Assembly: GCA_030704615.1 (NCBI GenBank)
Contig: CM060734.1
Location: forward strand, 19,096,001-19,160,000
Length of the DNA stretch: 64,000 bases
Direction of reading: 5' to 3'
Source: Takakia lepidozioides
Lineage: Eukaryota; Plantae; Bryophyta
Of the stretch, positions 1 to 10,803 are shown piece by piece. The translations under genes were made by a program, and so were the position numbers. The notes under the pieces are model-generated. The model had not been told where the DNA came from. It searched no databases and was given only the letters and a program-made list of their open reading frames with translations. Position 1 is the stretch's first letter; every line of letters begins with the position of its first letter.

Positions 1-982
1 TGGCACTTTGCCCACAGTTGCCCCCGATCCAGAGAATCGTACCGTCCCACCGTCAGACCTGCCTTCGGCTTTGCCCAATTCTTCAAAGGGGACGCCTTTG
101 AAAAGTTCTCTGGTGTGCATTTCTGGCTCACAACCACCCGTTGATGATTTCGCCATTGCTCCTTTCTTCCTGCTGTCAGAGATCACTCCCTGCCCCACAG
201 AGATTTTTCCTTCTCGTGTAGAAGCAAGCCTGGGAATCCTCCTCGAGGATGGGTGTAATTTGTGTGAGATTGCTTGAAAACGAATAGTGTGTTAAACACG
301 AAAAAACCTCATATTTCTTTTTGCTCTTCTTCAGTTTTGGGGTAAAACATCAGCCCTTGGCTTTAGGGTAGTTTCTTTCCCCTGCTTTCGATGAAAAGGG
401 AGGTTGGTCACTAAAATGTGCTTCATGTAATCTTTCCGGCGCGTTGCACGTCAGGTTGCAAGTGGGATTAGATTGATTGGGGCAGAATCAGAACGCACAG
501 TTTTTAAAGAAATCACATCGGCTATTGTGCCAAGAAATTCATTGCAAAAAGCTTCCTTTCTCCCTAGGATTCGAGTTATCACGACATTTTTTGGACTCAA
601 AGCTTTGATAAGCATAGTGTGATGATTTCCCTCTCTCTTGTTAGCTCTTGTTGCTCATAGAAGATGCGCTTCTGGGACGTTCGATACTGAGTAATTCATG
701 TCAGCCGAATGGCGGCCCTATCTTTCGGTCACAGATAGCTGTCTGAGTTCCTATCGGCAGTTGCAAAGTCCAGCTGCCCGTAATGATCAGTATGGCATGC
801 ACTCTAAAGGAGTGTGTATTCAGCTGTAGCTTTTGGACTTTGCAGGTGCTTCGCTTGAGAGGTCTTACAATTAAGGAGTTTCAACAAGCTTCCTCACTTT
901 CTCTTGAAACGAACGAAAGTTTGCACACTCACGTCAAGTTGCGAAGCGCCTGAGCTGTCATAAGCTTTTTCAGAAATGTAGG

Positions 983-3759
983 ATGTGGGTGATCTCTAAC
1001 GAATTGTCGGATGAGTGTGTTCAGGCAGAGGAGACTGGGCTTGACGGGAAAAAGGGTACTGGCAAAGGAACCTCAACGGACTTGGTTGCAGCAGGGGATG
1101 ATGATTACACAGAAGATGGCACTGTCGATCTTAGTGGGCGTCCAGTTCTCAAGTCAAAGACAGGAGGATGGAGGAGCTGCCCTTACATTCTAGGTACAGG
1201 GCATTTCATCTTTGACAATATGACATTGATTTGACATCCAAACCACAAACAAGGGATCAACCCTAAGTTCAAGTGCATCTGCTGTTGTTGAACTCCAGAA
1301 ACGTTTATCATAGTGTTGCAATCATTTACAAATGTTTTGGTAATGGCTTACTTCAGAGACATGGCTGCATGGCTGTGTGTGCCGTTGCAAGCCAACATAA
1401 GCAGGTGCGAGAAAGTGTATGCATGTGAGTGAATATTGAAGACATTGACACCCAGCTTGATGTGTTACTGTTTGATATGACAGGAAACGAGTGTTGTGAG
1501 CGGTTGGCATATTATGGAATCTCAACAAACATGGTACTTTACTTGCAAAATAAGCTTCACCAGAGTCCATCTGTGGCAGCAAACAATGTCACAAATTGGT
1601 CTGGCACATGCTACATCACCCCTCTTATTGGTGCTTTTTTGGCAGATGCCTACTTGGGCCGTTTCTGGACAATTGCAAGCTTTTCTACTATCTACTTCTT
1701 TGTAAGTCAACACTCTCATTTCTTTTTCTACTGTTGCAAACACTACTCATGTTGTATAGTTCAAGGTATTCCTTTCCTCGCCCTCAGAGGCTAGTCTTTT
1801 TGTATGCTATATTTTGTGTTTTTGTGAAGAGCTAGAGTATCATGACCAGATCACATGGACTTTAGGAAATAATGTAAGAGGGAACCCACAGAAGAGATAC
1901 TGCTTGGATAGCTGACGAAATGAATTGTTGTTCATCTTCATGGCAATATGTGAGCTCTATTAAGGAACTGATTTTGTTGCTCTTACAGGGTATGATTCTA
2001 CTCACAGTGTCGGCATCGGTGCCAGGACTGAAGCCTGCAAAGGGAGCCCAACATGCCAGTGGAACCCAGTTAGGTGTTTTCTATTTGGCCCTTTATACTA
2101 TAGCCCTAGGCACAGGGGGCATAAAGCCTTGTGTCTCATCCTTCGGAGCTGACCAATTTGATGACAATGATGTCCACGAAAAAAAGAGGAAGACATCATT
2201 CTTCAATTGGTTCTACTTCTCTATTAACATAGGGGCACTCATCTCCGCATCCATCCTGGTATACATACAGCAGAATGTGGGATGGGGTGTGGGTTTTGGT
2301 ATCCCTGCAGTGGCTATGGGACTAGCCATCGGGAGTTTCTTCATTGGAAGCGCCCGGTACCGGCACCAAAAACCTGGGGGCAGCCCGTTGACTCGAATAG
2401 CCCAGGTACTGGTTGCATCCTTCAGGAAATGGCGGGTGCCTGTTGCTCCTGTGGATGACCTCTATGATCTTGAGGATAAGGAATCAGGCATCGAAGGTAG
2501 CCGGAAGCTTGATCACACCCCAGCGTTCAGGTATAGGCATTTGTTTCCCTTGGTACCTCAATCTTGTGGGTCGGCCAATAGTCCACTGTCATAGGGGTGG
2601 AAAGAGATTTTCTCAGTTACAGGGCTCAATGCTGATTGAGGTTTGTGGTGTGTCAGGGCTCCCTCGCTCTTCTGTTTTTCTTTGCTCTCCCTTTCTTTGT
2701 TCTCCCTCTGGTTAGCTTTTCTCATGGGCTTCTGTGGACGAAAGAGAAATCTTCTTCTTTCTCTTATCAATGTTAAGCAGCTTGTTGGGTCTCCTAAATG
2801 CTGGAACGTCCTGCCTCAGGTTTCTTGACAAAGCAGCAACACCAACAGGCAGTGATCGATTGAAGGAATTGATGCCAAGCCCCTGGCAACTCAGCACTAT
2901 AACACAGGTTGAGGAGGTTAAAATTATTATTCGGATCTTACCTATTTGGGCGAGCAGCATTGTGTTTGCCACCGTATATGCTCAGATGTCAACTCTATTT
3001 GTTGAGCAAGGGGCGGTCATGAATATCAACATGGGCCCTAATTTTCAAATCCCCGCAGCTTCTCTCTCCATTTTTGACACATTGAGTGTTATATTTTGGG
3101 TTCCAATTTATGACCGGCTTTTGGTACCATTTGTGCGTAGGCATACTGGGCATGTCCGCGGTTTCACGCAGTTGCAACGCATGGGAATTGGGCTGGTCAT
3201 ATCCATTTTTTCCATGGTTGCCGCTGCTCTGGTTGAAATAGCAAGACTCCGAAGTGCCAGACATCATCACTTACTTGGGACTGTGAATGATTCTGCACTT
3301 CCCGTCCCCATGAGCATATTTTGGCAGATTCCTCAGTACTTCCTAATTGGTGCATCCGAGGTCTTCACCTTCATCGGGCAGTTGGAGTTTTTTTATGACC
3401 AAGCACCAGATGCCATGCGCAGCCTGGGCAGCGCACTCTCTCTCACCACAGTGGCCCTTGGGAATTACCTCAGCACTTTGCTAGTTACAATTTTAACATC
3501 TATCTCCACAAAGCATGGTAAAGTCGGCTGGATTCCCAACAATCTCAACCTGGGTCACCTTGACTACTTCTTTTGGACTTTGGCAGTTCTAAGCTTTTTG
3601 AATTTCTTCTTCTACTTGCTCTGTGCCCATTGGTATAAGTACAAAAGAGTACACAACTCTGCAGTAGCTCAGGACCCTGCATCAGCTCAAGTGGGGACAC
3701 CATTACAAACACAAGGGAGTGCTGACGTCTTAAGCGCTGCAGGACCTCATAGCAGCTGA
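983..3759 (+). CDS. NPF8: NRT1/PTR family (NPF8/PTR-like) proton-dependent oligopeptide transporter; exons 983-1193, 1484-1701, 1989-2530, 2820-3759 (~636 aa)
   Basis: Motifs [20 protein letters not shown], the ExxER motif ([15 protein letters not shown]), [53 protein letters not shown] and [13 protein letters not shown] are present. GT-AG junctions 1193/1484 (phase 1), 1701/1989 (phase 0) and 2530/2820 (phase 2) join in frame. The start ATG is uncertain; a possible 5'UTR intron acceptor lies at ~845. Confidence 0.95.
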
Positions 3760-5179
3760 AGTGGCACTCCCAATGTTTTACTGCTTCAGTTGGCTATTTC
3801 CTGCACAGCACAAGGCGAAGGCTGACATTCTGTCTTGCTCTCAATGTCTTCGTTTCCAGCCCTGGCCATGTTTTGCTGTCTCTAGGTTTTCAAATTGCAA
3901 ATACCATCTGTACATGAGCCAGTGCTTGTGGCTTTGGCCTAGATGCCATATTTACTGGCATAGATTCATTGAGGTCATTGGCATGGTGACGATCTGCTCA
4001 CATTTGGAGAGCTCATAAGTAAGCTCGTCAAAGCCCTGTAGACAGTGGGCTGGGTCTTCATGTACAGCAGTTGTAGTGATAAGTCATGGTTGAATTAAAA
4101 CTTCATGCCAAGTCAGATGTTGTGAAGGGTATCATTGGTTGTGTTCGTGCCAGTGTGAAAACCTCATTGGTTTTGAGTTCTGTCTGAGCAGGGTTGAATG
4201 TTTTTTCAAATTTTATGGCCTATGCATGCACATTTATATAGATGGAACATCGATTGGAGGTTAAAATATCTAGCCTTTTGGTCGCTTATGCCATAATACA
4301 AGTAGCCTTATAGGCTCTCTGATTGCATGTTGCCAAAGTGCTAGTCAACAACATGCTTTTGACACCCAACAACTTGCTATGGAGCCTGAATTGGTTTGCA
4401 CCATATCTCGTCATAGGTCAAAACTTTTGTAGATTTTAATGAATTTGAATGATTCCGAAGTATCTTGATATGTCAATCCTTTCCAAGTGGTCGCATGCCA
4501 TTTACTTCAATAGGTTATGAGCTAGGATTTTCAGAAAACCAAGAGACTAGAAAAAAACGCTGGCAAACCATGAGTTGGCTGGAGACAAGACTGGTTGTTG
4601 GAATTAAAGACCTTATGAAAATTCGAGGTCCATTTGGGAATTGGAGTGTGGGATTTTCATGTTTTGCAAAAACTATAATTCCAAGTATGGCCTGGGATGG
4701 TAGTGACAATGGTCACACAAGGAAAATGAAAAATTTGCTATCATTGGGTGTGGTTTGAAGGCTCATGCCGTGTTTGAAGCTTGGCAACCCTCAAATGACA
4801 CTATAAAGAAGTATATAGTGAGAATTCATTGGGATTTGGAGGCAAGGCTAATGAGGGTGGTCGTAGTTATTGAGGTGCGAGCAACGTGTGAGGTGGTCCT
4901 TTCTCTTCAAATTTGGCTAACACTCTACCTGCTTCAAGCTTTGGTAAGGACTCGCCTATCCATTGATGACCTATAATTATTTTCAAAAAATATATATTTT
5001 CCCGTAAGGAAAATCTAGATAATCTCATAACAACCTCATAACAATTAGAACCTCAGATTAAAAAAGAATACGGTATGTTATGATCATCACTTGTCTGAAG
5101 CAAAGGTTGAAGATAGTGGAATGTTTTGAGAGGCCTTTGGCAATCACTATACTCATTTCAACTTCTTCACCATTCTTCC

Positions 5180-7385
5180 ATTGTGCAACTCATCCCCACA
5201 ATCGCTACAACCCCCGAAACAAGACTTTGCTACCGAATTATATTGGCTGGTTGATCGCTACCTCAAAGACACTCCCCCCAAGAAACCGCGGTCCCTCACT
5301 CAATTGGAAATAGCATGTGCGCACCATACTATACCCCAAGATATTCTCTCCTTATTTATCAACACATTCCAGCTTACTCACTCATATTACTCTAACCCAC
5401 TGACATGCCCTATGGCACTGCCCACATTCTCTAGCCCACACCACAGAGACTGTATCTTTGGAGCCACTGGTACTGCCACCCAGCACACCTGGGAAGGCCG
5501 GGGCCTTGCCCACCCTCCACCTGGTTCTCCTTCTCATGAAGCTCTTCAATGGGCAAAACTTGTTGCGCACTCCTCTCCTACTGCATCCACAATCCTCATC
5601 CTCACACAACAAAACACTCATAATATCTCTCACCCTCTTCTACAACTCCCAGAAGGGGTCAATCTACTCGCCACCATTGACCCAAACCAGCTTAAGTATA
5701 TTTACACCCCTCCTCTTCCCAAATACCTCAAACGGAAGAAACCCACCCTAACCCTGATTCTACACATCCAAAACCCCCGGCATACAGCCATACCGCCATC
5801 TTTCTTTTCTCAGCTCGAACAATTGTTCACCATCACTCATAAAATAAAGGCCACCATCCATTATCTAACCATCATCTCCCACACCTATACACCCACCACA
5901 TTGTCCCGGATCAAAACCAACAAAGCTTGGAACATTGCGACACCACGCCCTTCCCAGGTTGCGCCAACAACACCTCTACCCCCAATCCCTGCAATATATC
6001 AACAAAACACCATCCCCAAATACCCACTGGCCAATTCACATTACACTGACGGATCCCTCACCAAACCTCATGCAGGGTATGGAATCTACCACGCTGGCAC
6101 CAGTCAAGGCATTGCCCTCAGGCTCCCTGGCCCTGCCACCATCCTCCAGGCTGAGCTCATGGCCATTTATGACGCCCTCTCTCTACTTTACACCCCCCCC
6201 CCCCCCACACTACATCTTCACCGACAGCCTTACCTCATTATTCCTCATTCGCAACCACATCTCCCACCTCTCTGCCCATCATCATCACCCCGACCGCAAC
6301 CTCATTGCCGCTATTGTCCAGAGGGCCATCTCCCTAGGCCACCCAGTCCATATACTCAAAGTCCGTTCACATACTGGCATCCATGGTAATGAAGAAGCAG
6401 ACCTACTTGCCCAACTCGGCGCCTCCCAACCCATAGTTGAACCCTCGATCGACCCTATTCACATCGCCCACACCCATCCCTTCTGGTTCATACACCCCGT
6501 TCCGGACCCCCCTGTACCCAGACCAGTCCAAAACCTCCTGACCACTCTGACCAGAGAAGCAAATAAACAAGCGGCAACCTCCATCAGCCATACCAAAGTA
6601 CACATCCAAAAATGGACTCAATCCAATATTCTGCACCATAAACTCTCCAATCATTTCTGGCTAACCAAAGCCACCACCGACGCACAAATCCGACAAACAC
6701 TCAAATTCTGATATGCCCAATACATGGGCCACCAGCGCAAACACATCTTCTGGCCACATGTGTTCCCATCCCCATACTGCCCGTTATGTGCAACCACCCA
6801 CCAAGCTTGTGACACTTGGCCACATCTCCTCAGCCAATGTACACACCCAGTTATACATGGCTTGCATATCACGCGTCATAACCAGGCAGTCTGGCACCTC
6901 CATAAGCTCTTTCTAAAATGTGCTGAAACCCGTTGGTTCTCGCTCATGAATGCAGGCACCTACCAGGAACGGCCACCCGACCACACAGTACCACCATGGC
7001 TACTACCATGCATATGTACCCGATCACCATGCTCGTGCCCCACTCGACTTTGCCCGGACATACTCCTCGTCCAAGGTCTACCTATCAACACTTTACCCCC
7101 CACCTCACCATCCCCACAACTCACCATCCATTTCATTGAATTCACATTTTGCCATGATTGTTATCCAAACGATTCAATCTTAGAAAAACGTCAAAAATAT
7201 GCCCCGCTTATCCTTGCACTCCGAAGGTGTGGCTGGAAAACCGGCCCGTTAACCGTCATCACAGCCGGCACTCAAGGTGACATTCATAACGCCAGTATCA
7301 TGGACATACACGATAACTTCCAAATTCCCATTCTTCCCATCCACAAATGTTTCAAAGAAATCCATCTCACGGCACTCCGTTCACT
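5180..7385 (+). mobile_element. 3' part of a non-LTR retrotransposon ORF: MTase-like fold + RNase H + Zn knuckle + restriction-like endonuclease (Dualen/RandI-like); degenerate
   Basis: RNase H: YTDGS, AELMAI, IFTDSLTSL, KVRSHTGIHGNEEADLLA. RLE region: CPLC..DTWPHLLSQC, RHNQAV, PDILLV, IHFIEFTF, EKRQKY. Frameshift at poly-C 6193-6206 and a TGA at 6709. Both ends are truncated and no RT is present in the window. Confidence 0.8.
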
Positions 7386-8280
7386 GTCGGAGAGGTGCCG
7401 GCCTCTCCGCCGCTCTGTTGGATATTCGGGGCCGAATTTCCGTCCGGGGGTTGAAATATGACGGCCATGTGCCGGCCTCTCCCCCCTCCCCGACTGCATT
7501 GGAACGGCCCCGGATGGAAATTCGGCGCCGAATCTCCATCCAGGGGATGCTCTCTGTCGAACACGTGCCGGCCTCTACGCCCGAGGCGACTTCATCCGGG
7601 CGTCCCCTGTTGGATATTCGGTGCCGAATTTCCGTCCGGGGGTTGAAATGTGACGGCCAGGTGCCGGCCTCTCCCCCCTCCCCGACTGCATTGGAACGGC
7701 CCCGGATGGAAATTCGGCTCCGTTTTTCCATCTGGGGAGGTTTTTATGTCGGCCAGTTTTCGGCCTGACCCCCCGACACGACTTCCTTTGGGGGGGGCCG
7801 GATGGAAATTCGGTGCCGAATCTCCATCCAGGGGATGCTCTCTGTCGAACACGTGCCGGCCTCTACGCCCAAGGCGACTTCATCCGGGCGTCCCCTGTTG
7901 GATATTCGGTGCCGAATTTCTGTCCGGGGGTTGAAATGTGACGGCCAGGTGCCGGCCTCTCCCCCCTCCCCGACTGCATCCGAACCGCCCCGGATGGAAA
8001 TTCGGCGTCATTTTTCCATCTGGGGATGTTTTTATGCCGGCCAGTTTTCGGCCTGACCCCCCGACACGACTTCCTTTGGGGGGATCCGAATGGAAATTCG
8101 GCGCTGAATTTCCATCCGGGGGATGTTCTCTGTCGGACAGGTGCCGGCATCTCTGCCCCAGACGACTTCATCCATGCGGCCCCTGTTGGATATTGGGTGC
8201 CGAATTTCCATTCGGGGGTAGTAATGTGACGGCACGGTGCCGGCTTCTCCCCTTCAGCCGACATCATCCGGACGGCCCCC
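7386..8280. repeat. GC-rich tandem array with a 96-bp period (288-bp higher-order unit); each unit carries a 22-bp near-palindrome GGAAATTCGGYGCCGAATTTCC
   Basis: Palindrome starts at 7420, 7516, 7612, 7708, 7804, 7900, 7996, 8092 and 8188 (exact 96-bp spacing). 7512-7799 recurs at 7800-8087. Confidence 0.9.
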
Positions 8281-8784
8281 CACTTTCTGACTGCATACCG
8301 TTGGCAGTTATTGCGCAAAGACCAGGGGCCGCATTCCGGAGACAAGGTTCATTAACACTCTGAGTGTGGATTTTTGAGATAGTTGGCTCCCTGGATTTGG
8401 ATCAGGCTTCGTCGCTCGGACAAATCGGCACCGCATTCCTTCCCATCGCTGCATCCCCCTTCTACCAGGGAGCTTCCCCGCACGCCATCCTGGCAGTCTT
8501 GTGTGCACATCTCCCATGGCGGAAAACCCGAGCGCTACAGTGTACTGCCCTCCTCACGAGCATAGAGCTTCATTTCCGTGCAGAGGGGACATCTGCCGGG
8601 TGATGGAGAAATATCTGTGCGTTCGATACCACCTGAAACCGGGGTCGGTTTTTTTGGAGGAGGACTTCTCTCTTTGAGGTAGCCACTCTCTGATTCGCGG
8701 ATTGTTTCGTGGAAGGCGCCAGGATAGAAGGTGCATTTGGTGGGCAAATGAAGTCCCCAACAGCCCTGTATATGACGCTGTCCG

Positions 8785-10735
8785 ATGGTGGAACTCGCCA
8801 TTCCCTGCCATCGCCGAAATCATCGTGGAGCACAACAATACTCTCAAGTAAATCCAGAGCCGAACCCATCCATGAAGACGAGCGAGAACCGGGTTGTTCA
8901 CAACCTGTCCGACTCAGACGAGGTCATGGAAGTTCCGAGGTCGTCCTGGAGATCAGGCAAGTCCTCAATGGACGTCAGTGGAGGAGGGAGTCATATTCCC
9001 AGCACGAGCACCGCAGTTCGATCTATTCTTGAAATTCTGCGAGGGCTTCACCTGGAGGGACACCGGTCGGAGCTGGCCAGGCTGGACTACAGCAAGTTCG
9101 CAATTAAATCGGTTACATGCCTTCCCGCCGACGTCGACGGTAATATCTTCTTTGAGTTCCCTCCTCGGGCGGACGACTCGAGGGCGTCCGGAATGTTGAC
9201 AGATATGGATAGAAAACATGACGGTCATCCTTGGTGCGTTACCAAAACCACCAGCATGAAGATGCTCGATGGTGTGCGGGTACGCTACGTTGTTTGTGCG
9301 GGCGCGTTGCCGTGTTTCTCCCCAACTTGCTTCCACTTTAAATCCAGAGGTCACAGGAACGAGAAAGATTGGACATGCACAGCTCGTCAACCATTTCGAG
9401 CTCAGGAGAAGGTTCCGAACTCCACATTTAAGTGTGCGCATTGCAAAGAACCACCACACTGCATGTCTGTTTGTAATGCCAAGCAATTCTATGTGTTGCA
9501 CCATTTCCCTGACCTCACCCGAGCTTGCATACACGTTGGATCCCATTGTCACAAACTGGCGAGGGGGAACTCGCGGGAGGCTGCCCACGAGGCAGAGCAG
9601 CTCGTTCAGGAGGAGGTTAAGTTGAGACCGGGTGCCAAACCCAAACAGATACAGCTCCAAGCCGCCCATAAGATGGCGTTGGCCAGAATTATGTCGGAAG
9701 ACGGCTCCGACAGAGTTCCTCTCGATGACAAGGAAATGGAGGCATTGCTGGAGTCGGTGTCCCACGTCTGTTCACCGAATGTCCGAAACCACATTGTGTC
9801 ATGCAAACAGAAAATTGGGCGTGGCTCGGATATGCACTCCATTATGGAGGTGAAGCAACGATGTGGATATGACTACATTCATGGAAGTCGGTTTCCAGGA
9901 CAAGGGACTGAGGCAGATCGTTGTTTCGTATTCAAAATGTCCACGTGTGGACGTGGCAGTGGCGTCGAACTGGTCCACAGGATGACGAGTGGGGACTTGT
10001 CAAACAGTTGGGTCATGTTCGACCATATCAAGCGAATTACAAATCACCAGTGGGTGACAATGGGTGCACATGTCTACGACACCCACTGCAGGATGCTAAT
10101 GACAATTGCTATTTGTGAGATGAAAGGAGAGGACACACAATCGGAGATGCTTCTTTGGCAGGGAATAAACGAACAGATGGCCAAGGCGGGATTGCCCCCT
10201 CCCAATTTCCGTGGTTTCATGGCGGACAACGCACAAGCAAATTGGGCTGCCATCCGAAGGGTGTACGGGGAAGACCCCAATGTTCCCATGGAAGGCAAGG
10301 AGAGATCTTGTGGGTTCCATTTTCTGCAGAGCCTTTCGCAGTACACAACCAGGCTCGTGGCGCCAGATTTCAGAGAGGAGCACCGTTCCATGTGCCTTGC
10401 GTGGAAGCGCGCTCCCACCTTGGATGATGCAGAGACACAGTTTGCATGTATACGGGCTTGGTGGACATCGTCAGGTGCTGTAAGGAAATCAGACGAGGGA
10501 GCAATGGTCAGTTGGCTAGCATGGTGGCATTATCGTTTCCTCCAGTTCAGCGACTATATGCGGGAGGTGAGTTGCACGAATTCGCGTCCCGTTGAATATT
10601 ATTCTTGGCCATATTTGTAACTTGCTTGTAACCTCAACATGTGCTTGTGCAAGAAATGTGTCTCGACTCCGACACCGACATGCCCACGACAAACATGGCC
10701 GAATCAGTGCACTCTTCCTGGCGTGCCTCTTCTGC
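8785..10735 (+). mobile_element. Mutator-like (MULE) DDE transposase with an N-terminal GCM/WRKY-like Zn DNA-binding domain; 3' truncated
   Basis: DGHPWCVTKTT..CAGALPC..C..CAHC..C..C..HVGSHCH (GCM-like), then VMFDHIK (D1), FMADNA (D2) and CGFH. After an intron (GTGAGT donor at 10567; acceptor apparently mutated CAG>CAA at 10650-10652) comes MPTTNMAESVHSSW (catalytic E). It then abuts gypsy sequence. Confidence 0.82.
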
Positions 10736-10803
10736 AGTCCAAGGGGGAAAATCCACAGAAGGGAATTAAATTACAAAACCAATCACAGAGTCAACAACCA
10801 ATC

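Noticed and set aside
4330-5180. Short ORFs downstream of the transporter
   Set aside because: No recognisable homology; probably decayed repeat or intergenic DNA.
7420-8209. CRISPR-like appearance (regular palindromic repeats with spacers); same for 55545-56345
   Set aside because: Spacers are related to each other and recur as higher-order repeats, there are no cas genes, and the context is eukaryotic.
7277-8363. Repeat-protein ORFs on both strands (MEIRRRIS...), also at 55429-56407
   Set aside because: A by-product of GC-rich palindromic repeats (period divisible by 3 in the first array); both strands give the same peptide motif and there is no other coding evidence.
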